Positions 47,908-57,740 of a stretch of DNA of 64,000 nt are shown here, piece after piece. The DNA is from Candidatus Latescibacterota bacterium. Its GTDB lineage: Bacteria > Latescibacterota > UBA2968 > UBA8231. The notes beneath the pieces were generated by a model, which was not told where the DNA came from, made no database searches, and saw only the letters and a program-made list of their open reading frames with translations. The DNA is taken from positions 2,944,001 to 3,008,000 of the forward strand of contig CBDETY010000003.1 of the NCBI GenBank assembly GCA_965243025.1, given 5' to 3'. The translations under genes were made by a program, and so were the position numbers. Numbering within the stretch: the stretch's first letter is position 1; each line of letters starts with the position of its first letter.

Positions 47908-49062
47908 ATGAAAATCACCGACATCCGCACGCTCTCCCTGTCGCGCCCCCACGAGCCGGAGCGCCAATGGTACAGCGCCACCTTCCACGTGCCCAAGGCC
48001 GACTGCTCGATCTGCATCATCGAGACCGACGAGGGCCTGCAGGGGATCGCCGAGCCTTGCGCCTACGGGGTGCCGCCGGAGATTGCCGCCCGCATCGAAG
48101 AGCTCAAGCCCGCCCTGATCGGCCGCGACCCCCGCGACGGGGACCTGACCCCGAACAACGAGGCGTTGCGCGCAAACGACATCGCCAACGCCGGCCTCGA
48201 CTGCGCCCTGTGGGACCTGCGCGGCAAGATCGCCGGCAAACCGACCGCCGACCTGCTCTGCGCGCCGGGGCAAACTCCCCTGCGCCGCCTCCGCCTCTAC
48301 GCTTCCTCGGGTGTGCGCTACGACTGGGACGACCGCCCCGAGTCCGTCGTCGAAGAGGCAATCGGCTGCGCCGAAGAGGGCTTCACCGCCTACAAGATGC
48401 GCCTCGGCACCCACTGGGACTGGTCCGGCGTCACCGTCGACCGTTTCCTGAAGATAGCCCGCCAGGTCGACGAGGCCGTGGGCGCCCGCATGGACCTGGC
48501 CCTCGACGGCAACTGCCGCCTGTCGATGGAGGAGGCCCTGCCGATCGCCGAGGCCCTCGACGAAATGGGCTGGGCGTGGTTCGAGGAGCCGGTCGAACGC
48601 GTGCCCGCGGACTACGCCCGGCTCAACGAGGCGGTCTCCATCCCCATTACCGGCGGCGAGCCGTTCACCACCTGGGCCCAGTTCGAGCCGTTCATGGAGG
48701 CAGGGGGTTTCGGCATCGTCCAGCCCGACGCCGGCGTCTGCGGCATCGACCTGTGCATGGAGGTCGGCCGCAAGGCCTGGTTCGACAACGGCGGCATACC
48801 CCTGATCCCGCACAACTGGCACAACGGCCTGATGACGATGGCCAACGCCCACATGGTCGCCGCCCTGCCCGACCCGCGCCTGGTCGAGCTGAACATGCGG
48901 CAGGGCCCCCTTCAGTGGGAGATCCTGCGCGAAAAGCCCCTGATCGAAGACGGCCACCTGGTGCTGCCGGACCTCCCGGGCTTCGGCGTCGAGCTGGCCG
49001 ACGACCTCGAGGCGCGCTTTCCCTACATCGAAGGCCCCTGGGGCGATCCCGTGCAGCGCTGA
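47908..49062 (+). CDS. Mandelate racemase/muconate lactonizing family enzyme
   Basis: DCALWDLRGK, YKMR, ALDGN, WFEEP, GGE, QPD, PHNW. Confidence 0.9.
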   Translation: MKITDIRTLSLSRPHEPERQWYSATFHVPKADCSICIIETDEGLQGIAEPCAYGVPPEIAARIEELKPALIGRDPRDGDLTPNNEALRANDIANAGLDCALWDLRGKIAGKPTADLLCAPGQTPLRRLRLYASSGVRYDWDDRPESVVEEAIGCAEEGFTAYKMRLGTHWDWSGVTVDRFLKIARQVDEAVGARMDLALDGNCRLSMEEALPIAEALDEMGWAWFEEPVERVPADYARLNEAVSIPITGGEPFTTWAQFEPFMEAGGFGIVQPDAGVCGIDLCMEVGRKAWFDNGGIPLIPHNWHNGLMTMANAHMVAALPDPRLVELNMRQGPLQWEILREKPLIEDGHLVLPDLPGFGVELADDLEARFPYIEGPWGDPVQR

Positions 49063-49068
49063 GGACTT

Positions 49069-49914
49069 ATGGTCACCGACCTCGAAAACTACCTCTTCGA
49101 CCTGCGCGGCTACCTTCACATCGAGGGGGCGCTGACCGCCGGCGAGATCGAGGATCTCAACGACTGCCTCGACGCCATTCCGCCCCTGGAGCCCGGCGAC
49201 TGGTACGGCCACGTCCACGCCCATACCTACCGCACGGACGACGGCCTCAACCTGCAGCAGATCTACGAGGCGGGCGAACCGTTCGAGCGGATGATCGACC
49301 ATCCGGCCTGGATCGGGAAAGTCAAGCACTTCGTCGGCGGCGAGGGCACCTTCGACTACGCGCACGGGCCGCTGTTCATCGACGAAAACTTTGCCAACTT
49401 CCGCCAGCCCGGTGAGGCCATCGGCCTGCACTCCGGCGGCCACCCGCCCAACATGCGCAACCAGTTCCGCTACCGCGGCGGACGCTTCATGTGCGGCCAG
49501 GTCAACATCCTCGTGGCGCTCACCGACATCGGCCCGGGGGACGGCGGCACCATGCTGATCCCCGGCAGCCACAAATCCAACTTCGCGCATCCCGACATGG
49601 AACGGCACCGCATGCGTCCCGGAGGGGCAACGGTCGAGGGCATCGCCGGCGCGGTCGAGTGCCACATGGCCAAGGGGGACGCCCTGCTGTTCGTCGACGG
49701 CCTCTCGCACGGCTCGGCCCGGCGCCGGAACGAGGGCACCCGCCGGATCTTCGTCTACCGGTACGGGCCCTCCTGGGGAAACTTCCGCCACGGCTACCAC
49801 CCCTCGGAGGAACTGCTGGCGCGCCTGACCCCGGAACGGCGGCAGATCGTCTGGCCGCAGAAGCCGCGTCCTGAGGGACCGCAGAAAAAGGCCGGCGAGC
49901 GGGTTCCGGAATAG
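49069..49914 (+). CDS. PhyH-family Fe(II)/2OG enzyme with an HxG motif (possible halogenase)
   Basis: YLFDLRGY, GLHSGG, IPGSHK, GDALLF..LSHGS. Confidence 0.8.
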   Translation: MVTDLENYLFDLRGYLHIEGALTAGEIEDLNDCLDAIPPLEPGDWYGHVHAHTYRTDDGLNLQQIYEAGEPFERMIDHPAWIGKVKHFVGGEGTFDYAHGPLFIDENFANFRQPGEAIGLHSGGHPPNMRNQFRYRGGRFMCGQVNILVALTDIGPGDGGTMLIPGSHKSNFAHPDMERHRMRPGGATVEGIAGAVECHMAKGDALLFVDGLSHGSARRRNEGTRRIFVYRYGPSWGNFRHGYHPSEELLARLTPERRQIVWPQKPRPEGPQKKAGERVPE

Positions 49915-50013
49915 CATCAGTTGCCGCCCCCCTGACCGGAGGGTGATCGACGGAGTGACGTACGTTCACACCTGGGACTGCCTGACGGAGGAGGCCTGCG
50001 GCCTGTAACGCCG

Positions 50014-50823
50014 ATGGACCTCGCAGCACTCACCGGACCGAAGGCGTTCGGCAGGGCATACCGGATCATGCTGGAAAACGACACGCATGCCCCGGGAAGC
50101 GTCGACCGCGAGCTTGTGGGGAGCATGACAAGGCTCTGCGATGAAACCGCGTCCTGCCTGTACGGCAGGTGCACGAACCGTTCTCTCGCCTATGCACCGG
50201 GATCCCGCCCGGAGTTGGAGCGCTTTCTTGCAGAGGCTGAATCGTCGGAAGGGTGCCCGGTGGATCGGGTCGCGGCCATCGCCGGACTTACGTGTGGCCT
50301 GGCGGAGAAGAGGCCGGGCGGCCGACTGCCGGAGATGAGATTCGGAGGAACGGAGGAGCAGATCATCGAGCGGGGCTCCGACTGGTGCGCGGACGTTGCC
50401 CGGGTGGGTTGTGCTCTCTACCAGGTTTCAGGCTTTCCGTGTCGCATGGTGTACCTGTTCAATCTCGACGCCGCCTACAGTGGGCATGTCATCGTCGAGG
50501 TCCATCGTTCCGGAAAATGGGGTGCCGTCGACACGAGCTCGGGGGTTGTCTATCAAGAAGAGGATGGGGTTCCCGCGAGCACCTGGGAGCTCATGAACGA
50601 TGCCCATCTGGTGAAGCGGCACGCAGGTCCGGAAGCGTGGTATACGGATCCAGAGCAGTTCAACGCCGCGGGTATTGCCACCTACAACCTGGGCGATTCC
50701 GGGCTCTACGATTACGAGGTGACCGGATTGAACGACTACACGCGCGCCGTACTGTCCATGGCCGACCGGGGGTGGCCTGGGGGCCTTCGCTGGCTGCACG
50801 GCGAAGCGGACGAGGCAGGATAG
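50014..50823 (+). CDS. Transglutaminase-like domain protein
   Basis: WCADVAR...GHVIVEV...W..VD Cys-His-Asp triad pattern. Confidence 0.75.
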   Translation: MDLAALTGPKAFGRAYRIMLENDTHAPGSVDRELVGSMTRLCDETASCLYGRCTNRSLAYAPGSRPELERFLAEAESSEGCPVDRVAAIAGLTCGLAEKRPGGRLPEMRFGGTEEQIIERGSDWCADVARVGCALYQVSGFPCRMVYLFNLDAAYSGHVIVEVHRSGKWGAVDTSSGVVYQEEDGVPASTWELMNDAHLVKRHAGPEAWYTDPEQFNAAGIATYNLGDSGLYDYEVTGLNDYTRAVLSMADRGWPGGLRWLHGEADEAG

Positions 50824-50830
50824 CACCATT

Positions 50831-51367
50831 GTGACCTTCGTTTGGTCCGACGGTCGAATCGCCGTGAGGGCGGTGGAGGCGTCGCAGACGCCGGCGCTGC
50901 ACGCGGCGTTTCTGGAATGTTCGGACGCGGCCGCAGTCGATCCCACCTTTGCCGAGGTGCCCGAAAGCGAGATCGCCGAGCTGGTGCAGCGGTCGGCAGC
51001 GGAGGATTCGCAGGAACGGGGCTTCCGAATGCGGGGCATCCACGTCGGAACGGCCGGCGAGCTGGCCGGCTATTTCCATCTCATGGAGGACGTGCCTGCG
51101 GCCGGGGACGTGTGGCTCTCGATCCTGGCGATCCGGCCGCAGTTCCGGAGGAGCGGCATCGGCACCGCGGTCGTCGCCGGCCTCAAGCGGGAGCTGGCCG
51201 CCCTGGGATTCCGCTTCGCCCTGGGGCGCGTCTATCTGGCCAACATTCCGGCCCTGAAGTTCTGGATGCGGCAGGGGTTCACCGAGGTCGTCCCCCACCG
51301 CGGCGACTACGTCGGCTGCGAGTTGGGGAAGGCCTGTCTCGTCCTGCGGGCGTCGCTCGGAGGGTAG
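50831..51367 (+). CDS. GNAT family N-acetyltransferase
   Basis: RRSGIG motif A, N.PALKFW...GF. Confidence 0.85.
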   Translation: MTFVWSDGRIAVRAVEASQTPALHAAFLECSDAAAVDPTFAEVPESEIAELVQRSAAEDSQERGFRMRGIHVGTAGELAGYFHLMEDVPAAGDVWLSILAIRPQFRRSGIGTAVVAGLKRELAALGFRFALGRVYLANIPALKFWMRQGFTEVVPHRGDYVGCELGKACLVLRASLGG

Positions 51368-51380
51368 CCGATTCCGGGGA

Positions 51381-51800
51381 TCATGCGGGCCATGGGTTGA
51401 TTACTTCGATCCCACAGCGCTCAAAATGCCCGACGTTCCTGGTAGCAATAGCCGCCCCGCGACAACGAGCGATGGCCGCCATCTGACAGTCCGGGTGGCT
51501 TATCGGCAGACCAGCCGCCCGCCGGCCAGCCCCGATCCCGGCATAGCTGCGCGCGGCCTTGGTGTCAAAGGGAAGAATGCGTCGTGCGAAATCTGTATTG
51601 AGCATTTTCTCGACTGCGGCAGCGATCCGATTGCGGCGCCGGCCCTCTGGCAGGATAGCGACCCCGTAGCGCAGCTCCGCTTCCGTGATCACCGAAAGAA
51701 AGACATTTGCAGCGGATTGCTCGGCAAGCCAGGCCTCCACGCCAGGTTCGGGTTGGGGGGACATCAACTCCGAGACAACGTTGGTGTCGAGCAGGATCAT
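51381..51800 (-). CDS. vapC: PIN-domain toxin (VapC/FitB)
   Basis: MILLDTNVVSE, ITEAEL, D..MAAIA, ATRN..HF, INPW. Confidence 0.93.
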   Translation of the reverse strand: MILLDTNVVSELMSPQPEPGVEAWLAEQSAANVFLSVITEAELRYGVAILPEGRRRNRIAAAVEKMLNTDFARRILPFDTKAARSYAGIGAGRRAAGLPISHPDCQMAAIARCRGAAIATRNVGHFERCGIEVINPWPA

Positions 51801-51810
51801 CTCCCGAACC

Positions 51811-52053
51811 TCAACCGAATCGAGGCGGATCGCGCATCGGTTCTCGCGGCGGTAGATCCAGTTTCACACCGCCCAAGGGCGCGAATCGTGAACGTATGGC
51901 GGCTGCCAGATTGGCGGGGGCCGCGGTCCGGGTGAGTGCGGCGCGCAAGATCGCCCGCACTTCCTCCTCCATCGAGTGGCCGTGCTCGGCCGCCTGGACG
52001 CGCAGACGCTGCTTTACGTCATCATCGAGGTTGCGAATTGTCATGCTGGCCAA
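51811..52053 (-). CDS. FitA/StbC-like ribbon-helix-helix antitoxin
   Basis: MASMTIRNLDDDVKQRLRVQAAEHGHSMEEEVRAIL, directly upstream of the PIN gene. Confidence 0.9.
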   Translation of the reverse strand: MASMTIRNLDDDVKQRLRVQAAEHGHSMEEEVRAILRAALTRTAAPANLAAAIRSRFAPLGGVKLDLPPREPMRDPPRFG

Positions 52054-52083
52054 TTTCCTTCACCTCCAATTCAAAGAAAATCC

Positions 52084-52115
52084 GCAATGATGTCATTGCA
52101 GGCAATGATATCACT
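52084..52115. promoter_or_regulatory. Putative autoregulatory operator of the TA pair (two tandem palindromes)
   Basis: GCAATGA-TG-TCATTGC (52084-52099) and imperfect GCAATGATATCACT (52102-52115), about 30 bp upstream of the antitoxin start. Confidence 0.65.
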
Positions 52116-52141
52116 CAATTCCCTTGGCATTGCCCGGTTGC

Positions 52142-52987
52142 TCAAACCACTCCCCACCTGACCCGTCCCAACTCGCGCGAGCGCTCCTGGTCGTATGCCG
52201 GATCGACTTGGAATTCACGGTCCAGCCACAGCACCTCCCGCTGCCCGGGGCTCAGCGCGTCGAGAAGCTCCTGCGTCAGGTAGTCCCCCCAGGTGAAGCG
52301 GTGGTTGTCGATCGTGTGCGGATGGAACAGCCAGTGGCTCATGTACCGGCAGTCGCCGGTGCGGTTGAGCCAGGTCGAGTGAAGCAGGTACGCATGGCGC
52401 ACGATCATCTGGTGAGGTTCCACCTCCAGGGAAATCTCCTCCTCGAGCTCGATGTCCTCCCAGCCGTCCTCGTTCGGCGCAACCGGAGTTCCCCGCTCGT
52501 CCCTGAGCCTGTCGACCTTCTCCTCGAGTGGAGCGCGCGGCCCGGTGTGACTGCCCGGGACGATGCGCAGACACCCGTTCGCGCGCGACGCCCCGGAGAA
52601 GTAATGCATGAACTCCGCCCATCCCGGCCCTCCGTCGCGGTGCCACCACACCGAGCGGTTCGGGGCCTGCTCGTTGATGCCCCCGTTGCGCAGATAGATA
52701 TCCCTGACCCCGTTCAGCTGGCGGCCCAGTTCGATGAATTCCGGGTGCAGGATGACCTTCAGGAACGGCAGGGAGTGATCGAGAGAGCACCAGTACGAGT
52801 CATCTATTTGCGGCCGCAGGTAGAAGTGATTCCTCTTGCTGCCGTCCGCGGGCCCCTCGGATGGATCCTGGGAGGTCTTTTCGACCGCGGCCATGCAATC
52901 CATGGTCAGGCTCTCCGGGAAGGGACAGTCGAAGATGACGTAGCCCAGAGTCCGGTACTGCTCCAGTTGTTCCTCATTGAATTTCAT
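52142..52987 (-). CDS. PhyH family dioxygenase
   Basis: YRTLGY, WHRD, NGCLRIVPGSH, LHST. Confidence 0.87.
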   Translation of the reverse strand: MKFNEEQLEQYRTLGYVIFDCPFPESLTMDCMAAVEKTSQDPSEGPADGSKRNHFYLRPQIDDSYWCSLDHSLPFLKVILHPEFIELGRQLNGVRDIYLRNGGINEQAPNRSVWWHRDGGPGWAEFMHYFSGASRANGCLRIVPGSHTGPRAPLEEKVDRLRDERGTPVAPNEDGWEDIELEEEISLEVEPHQMIVRHAYLLHSTWLNRTGDCRYMSHWLFHPHTIDNHRFTWGDYLTQELLDALSPGQREVLWLDREFQVDPAYDQERSRELGRVRWGVV

Positions 52988-53080
52988 GCTGGTTTCCTTA
53001 CATGGCCTCGGCCCCGGTCCGCCTCGAATGGCACGGGTTCAGGCCGCCGAAAGGCAAGTCCGGGCAGGTAGTTGTGAGTT

Positions 53081-54064
53081 TCAATGTCCGCGCTGCACGG
53101 CGTCCAGGAGCGCCCGTATGTAGCCCATGGCGTAGGAACGGGTGCGGAACTGCCGGATGTCGCCTTCCTTCAGGCGGGGCACGTGGTCTTCGACGATCGG
53201 GGCGTCGACGCCGGACTCGTGGAACGCCTTCATCGCCTCCATCATGTCGAGGTTGCCCTCGCCGATGAAGGTTTCCGAGAACTTGGGGACCGGGCCGTTC
53301 ACGCTCCGGAAGTGGATGTGGAAGATCTTGCCGCGGCTGCCGAAGTAGCGGATGGCGTCGAGCGCGTTCTCCGGCATGGCGCCGATGGTCCCGGTGCAGA
53401 AGGTGAGGCCGTTGCAGTCGCTCGGTACGATCTCGATGAACCGCCGCAGCGCCGCGTGGCTGCGGAAGACCCTGGCGACCCCGGCGATCGGTGAGATGGG
53501 CGGATCGTCCGGGTGAAGGGCCATTCGCACGCCCGCTTCCTCGGCGACCGGGATTACCGCCTCGAGGAAGAAAGTCACGTTGTCCCAGATCTGTTCGTCC
53601 CCGGCCGCCACCGACTCCGGGACGGGAGGGTACCAGTACCCCCCGGTTTCATTCCTTACCGCGTCGTAGTCGAAGCTCGTCAGCTCGGATCCCCCCTTGC
53701 CCGGCGCGGCCCTGTCGGTCCGCAGGCCGTAGTTGCCGTACCAGCTGCGCAGGGAGAAGAAGTAGATCATGTTGGGAATGCCCGCCTCCCCGACGTTGCG
53801 GATCGTCCTGCACCAGTTGTCGATCTGCTCGTCCCGTCCCGGCAGCCCGAGCTTGATCCTGAAGGTCAGCTCCTCCGGCAGCCCGCTTATGACCGACAGC
53901 CGCAGCCCCGCCTCCTCGACTCTTTCGCGAAGCCGTGTGAGGTCTTCCAGGGTGTAATAGCCCTTGTCCGCCGGCAGGGTGCCGCCTCCTACCACGTCGG
54001 TCGCCCCCACCTGGCGGGCGAGCTCGAAGTCCTCGTCGGTCGTGCCGGAAATCGCCAGTCTCAA
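53081..54064 (-). CDS. uxuA: Mannonate dehydratase (UxuA-like)
   Basis: IKLGLPGRDEQI, LHPDDPP, GLTFCTG, HFR.V, EDHVP, YAMGYI. Confidence 0.85.
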   Translation of the reverse strand: MRLAISGTTDEDFELARQVGATDVVGGGTLPADKGYYTLEDLTRLRERVEEAGLRLSVISGLPEELTFRIKLGLPGRDEQIDNWCRTIRNVGEAGIPNMIYFFSLRSWYGNYGLRTDRAAPGKGGSELTSFDYDAVRNETGGYWYPPVPESVAAGDEQIWDNVTFFLEAVIPVAEEAGVRMALHPDDPPISPIAGVARVFRSHAALRRFIEIVPSDCNGLTFCTGTIGAMPENALDAIRYFGSRGKIFHIHFRSVNGPVPKFSETFIGEGNLDMMEAMKAFHESGVDAPIVEDHVPRLKEGDIRQFRTRSYAMGYIRALLDAVQRGH

Positions 54065-54211
54065 TTCCGCGCTCCTGCTGATGGTGTAATGGAAGGATGG
54101 GTGTAACAGGCCCTATTTTCCCTGGCCCTGCCGACAACAAAAGACAATCGGCGGATCGAGCACTGATCGTCAACCTCGGCCCCGGAGAGGGTCGTTGCAG
54201 GTAATCGCGCT

Positions 54212-54979
54212 ATGGGACTTTCACAGGCACAGGTACAACAGTTCCGGGACGACGGCGTTCTCGTCGTCGAGGGTCTGCTGAACGAGGAGGAGGTCCGAAT
54301 CCTGCGGGAACGCGCCGAGTGGGTGGCGCGCGGCGAGGCCTCGTACAGCACGGAGCGGCATGTGCAGGTCGAGCCGGAGGTGGCGGCGGGCGAAGCAGCG
54401 GCGGACAGCCGCGCCGGGTCGGTGCGCAAGCTCATGCACCTCGCCTTCGTCGACGAGGTGTTCGAGGCGCACGCGCGCAACCCGGGGGTTCTCGACTGCA
54501 TCGAGGGGCTGCTGGGCCCCGACGTCAAGCTGTACCAGGACCAGCTGTTCATGAAGCCGGCCCGGATCGGCTCGCGGCAGCCCTACCACCAGGACCAGCC
54601 GCTCGGGTTCCACATCGAGCCGGCTTCCGGGCTGGTCGCCTGCTGGGCCGCCCTCGACCACGCCACCGTCGACAACGGCTGTCTCTGGTTCCTGCCGGGA
54701 ACCCACAAACAGGGTGTGCTCGACAACCGGGAGCGCGCGGAATTCGAAGAGCTGTCGCTGGCGGGAAAGCTGCCCCGGGAGCGCCCGGTCGAGCTGAAAC
54801 CGGGGGACTGCAGCTTCCACCACGGGCACGTCCTCCACTCGAGCCGGGCCAACGTCAGCGGCCGGCGCCGGCGCGGCTACGCCACGCACTACGTGAGCGC
54901 CCGTTGCCGCTACACCGGCCCCGAGGGAAAGAACGACGCCATGCTGGTGCGGGGCCGGTCGATTCCGGGCTGTATCTGA
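54212..54979 (+). CDS. PhyH family dioxygenase
   Basis: FMKP, YHQD, NGCLWFLPGTH, FHHGHVLHSS..N. Confidence 0.9.
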   Translation: MGLSQAQVQQFRDDGVLVVEGLLNEEEVRILRERAEWVARGEASYSTERHVQVEPEVAAGEAAADSRAGSVRKLMHLAFVDEVFEAHARNPGVLDCIEGLLGPDVKLYQDQLFMKPARIGSRQPYHQDQPLGFHIEPASGLVACWAALDHATVDNGCLWFLPGTHKQGVLDNRERAEFEELSLAGKLPRERPVELKPGDCSFHHGHVLHSSRANVSGRRRRGYATHYVSARCRYTGPEGKNDAMLVRGRSIPGCI

Positions 54980-54990
54980 AGAGGCTCGGT

Positions 54991-55022
54991 TCAGCGCCTT
55001 GGGGGAGGCCTCCCAGCGCTGA
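54991..55022. terminator. GC-rich hairpin between convergent genes, possible terminator
   Basis: TCAGCGC...GCGCTGA arms with an inner TGGG/CCCA stem, 12 bp after the stop codon; no U-tract. Confidence 0.35.
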
Positions 55023-55214
55023 CTGCCCACCAAGGTTCACCCCGGGCCGCCTGGTGCGCGGACCCTGTGGCCGGCCTTCCCATCGCAACGCCTCCGCGGC
55101 ACCCACCCTTTTCTTTGGTCCCCGGCTGGCTGTGTGAGGCTGGCCGACCGGATCGGCCCCTGCCGTTCAGAGGTTGACCTGAACTTGGGCCCCGGGATCC
55201 GGGCGCGACGCCAC

Positions 55215-56021
55215 CTACTCCAGCCGGCGTCCGGACGGGGTCCTCAGGGTGTGGGTCTCGACGTCCCAGTCGCCGTGGAAGATGGTCACCGCGTCGCCGG
55301 CGGCAGCTCCCGCGTCGGAGGCGAGGTCGATGATCCTGGCGGCCGAGTCCTCGGGCGGGGACAGGCCCGGGCGCACCTCCCGCTCCGCGTCGGCGGCGGA
55401 GCGGCCGGCCTTTTCCGCCATCTCGCGGATGGCCCCGAGCTTCATGTTGGTCGCCATCTCCCCCGGGGCCACGGCGTGGATGCGAATGTTGAGGGGGCGA
55501 AGCTGCTCCCGGGCGACCAGAACCAGCCCCCTGACCCCCCCCTTGCTCGATCCGTACGGCAGGGAAGAGCTGCCCCCGATCACTCCGGCCCCGGAAATGA
55601 CGAGCAGCACTACCCCTCCCCCCGCCTTCTCCATCAGGGGAACGGCGTACTTCAGCAGCAGGAAGCTGCCGGTGAGATTGACGTCGATCACCCGCCGCCA
55701 GGTTTCCTCGGAGTACTGGTCGACCCGGGTCGCCGGATCGAGGAGGATGGCCGCCGGGTTGATCAGGATGTCGAGGCGGCCGAAGCGCTCGCCCGCGGTC
55801 TCCATCAACCGGCGGACGTCCCCGGACCGGCCGAGATCGGTGTGCGCGAAGTGGGCCGTGCCCCCTTCTTCGCGGATCTGCCGGGCCGTCGCTTCCCCGC
55901 CGGCCTCGTCGATGTCGGCGAGGACGAGCCGCGCCCCCTCGCGGGCGGCCCCGATGGCGGTGGCGCGGCCGAGGCCTGTGGCGGCGCCGGTGACGACTGC
56001 TGTCTTGTCTTGGAGTTTCAC
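55215..56021 (-). CDS. Short-chain dehydrogenase/reductase
   Basis: TGAATGLG, DVNLTG, YGSSK, VAPG. Confidence 0.9.
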   Translation of the reverse strand: MKLQDKTAVVTGAATGLGRATAIGAAREGARLVLADIDEAGGEATARQIREEGGTAHFAHTDLGRSGDVRRLMETAGERFGRLDILINPAAILLDPATRVDQYSEETWRRVIDVNLTGSFLLLKYAVPLMEKAGGGVVLLVISGAGVIGGSSSLPYGSSKGGVRGLVLVAREQLRPLNIRIHAVAPGEMATNMKLGAIREMAEKAGRSAADAEREVRPGLSPPEDSAARIIDLASDAGAAAGDAVTIFHGDWDVETHTLRTPSGRRLE

Positions 56022-56070
56022 GCGCGGCTCCAGAGGCGGGTCTCCCTGGCTGCGGGAACCTGCCGATCAG

Positions 56071-56484
56071 TCAGTTCTCAACAGTGACTTTCGCCTTGCG
56101 CGCGGGACGCTCGTGGAGATGACCGCCCGTGCCGGGCAGTGCCACTCCCAGGCGGATCGTCGTCTCCCCCGCCTTCGGGAAGATGTGGTGGTAGGTCATG
56201 GCCGGGACGTAGATGAAGTCCCCTTCCCTGGCGTGAACGGGGTCGTCTTCGCGGCCTTCGATGATCCAGTCGATCTCCCCTTCGAGCACGATCCACCACT
56301 CGTCGTAGTTGTGGCAGTGCCAGTCGTTCTGATCGAACCCGGGGGGCTGGCAGATGACGTTGGCGGCGAGGTGGTCGGACACCACGACCTTGCGCGACCA
56401 CGGAGGCGGGCCGAACTCCTTTTTCAACTCGTCGAGATTGACCTGGTTCAGGCTGCTGTTCAGAACCGGATTACCGAGCGGCAT
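56071..56484 (-). CDS. Cupin domain protein
   Basis: ATG 56484 follows an AAGGA RBS. WHCHNYDEWW..LEG and GDFIYVPA..YH motifs. Confidence 0.87.
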   Translation of the reverse strand: MPLGNPVLNSSLNQVNLDELKKEFGPPPWSRKVVVSDHLAANVICQPPGFDQNDWHCHNYDEWWIVLEGEIDWIIEGREDDPVHAREGDFIYVPAMTYHHIFPKAGETTIRLGVALPGTGGHLHERPARKAKVTVEN

Positions 56485-56579
56485 GAGATCTTTCCTTTCT
56501 GGTGGATGTTGTTCCTGGTGGATGCCCGTTCCCGTTGCCTGCGGGAGGACACGCGTAATTGCGCCGGCAGACACAAAGG

Positions 56580-57740
56580 TCAGTGCACTTCGGCGACCAG
56601 CGACTGGAACTTCTCCTCGTCGTACTCGGCGCCCCACCCGGGCAGGTCGTTGGGCGCGATGTGGCCGTCGACGATGAGGGGGGCGTTGGTCACCCCCCAT
56701 TCTTCCCCCCACCGGCGCAGGCCGTCGCCGCCCTGATGGAAGTACTCGTAGTAGTCGTTGTTGTCGATGCAGCAGCCGAGGTGGGCGTGGACGTGGCCGA
56801 AGAGCCCGCCGGGGCCGGCGATCTCGACCTGGGCGCCGTGCATCTCCGCGAGGTGGGAGAGCTTGAGCACCGAGGTGACGCCGGCGGCGATGGCGTCGGC
56901 GCGCACGTAGTCCGTCGCCCCCTGCTTGAGCCACTCGGCGGTTATGGCGACGTCGTGCATGAGGTTCTCCGTCGACATCACCGGCATCTCGAGGGCGTCG
57001 CACAGCTTCTGGTAGGAGCTCATCTTCCCCTCGTGCATCGGCTCCTCGAGCCAGATGAAGTCGAGCCGCTCCATCAGGCGGCCGACCTCGATGGCCTCGC
57101 GCAGGTCGTACGAGCAGACCGGATCGTTGATGAGGTCGTAGCCGGGTCCGACCGCCTCGCGGGTCTTCTCGAGGATGGGCATGTCGGCCCGGCCCCCCTT
57201 GTAGGTGTGGAACTTGTAGGCATTGACGCCGAACTCCCTGCCGTGCTCGATGGTGCCGAGGTAATCCTCCAGGGTGGGTCCCGAACTCGTCAGGTAGACG
57301 GGGAAGCGCTCGCGCACCTTGCCGATCAGGGCGTGCACCGGAAGACCCGCGGCCTTGCCGGCCAGGTCCCACAGGCAGGTGTCGAGGTCTCCGTGCCAGC
57401 CCTGTTTCTGGCGCAGCCAGCGCGTCCCCTTGAACAGCATCTGCCAGATGTGCTCGCGGTGCAGCGGGTCCTCGCCGACGACGTGGGCGCGCAGCAGGTC
57501 CATCTGGTCCGGGCGCATGGTCGAGGTGCAGCGGCCGCCGATCCCCTCGTCGGTATGGACCTCGATGAAGTTGTGGCGCGGCCTCGACGGGGGGCCGTGG
57601 GCGGTTTTCTTGTCGGGCACCGGTCCCGACGACCACTGGATGCGGCGCAGGTTGGGAACCTGCCCCAGCCGGGGAATGGCCGCCGGCTTCGGCTCTCCGG
57701 GTTGTTCGAGAACGAGCAGCCTGACATCGGTGATTTTCAT
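56580..57740 (-). CDS. Mandelate racemase/muconate lactonizing family enzyme
   Basis: CLWDLAGK, YKFH, NDP, WLEEP, STE, PGWG. Confidence 0.88.
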   Translation of the reverse strand: MKITDVRLLVLEQPGEPKPAAIPRLGQVPNLRRIQWSSGPVPDKKTAHGPPSRPRHNFIEVHTDEGIGGRCTSTMRPDQMDLLRAHVVGEDPLHREHIWQMLFKGTRWLRQKQGWHGDLDTCLWDLAGKAAGLPVHALIGKVRERFPVYLTSSGPTLEDYLGTIEHGREFGVNAYKFHTYKGGRADMPILEKTREAVGPGYDLINDPVCSYDLREAIEVGRLMERLDFIWLEEPMHEGKMSSYQKLCDALEMPVMSTENLMHDVAITAEWLKQGATDYVRADAIAAGVTSVLKLSHLAEMHGAQVEIAGPGGLFGHVHAHLGCCIDNNDYYEYFHQGGDGLRRWGEEWGVTNAPLIVDGHIAPNDLPGWGAEYDEEKFQSLVAEVH

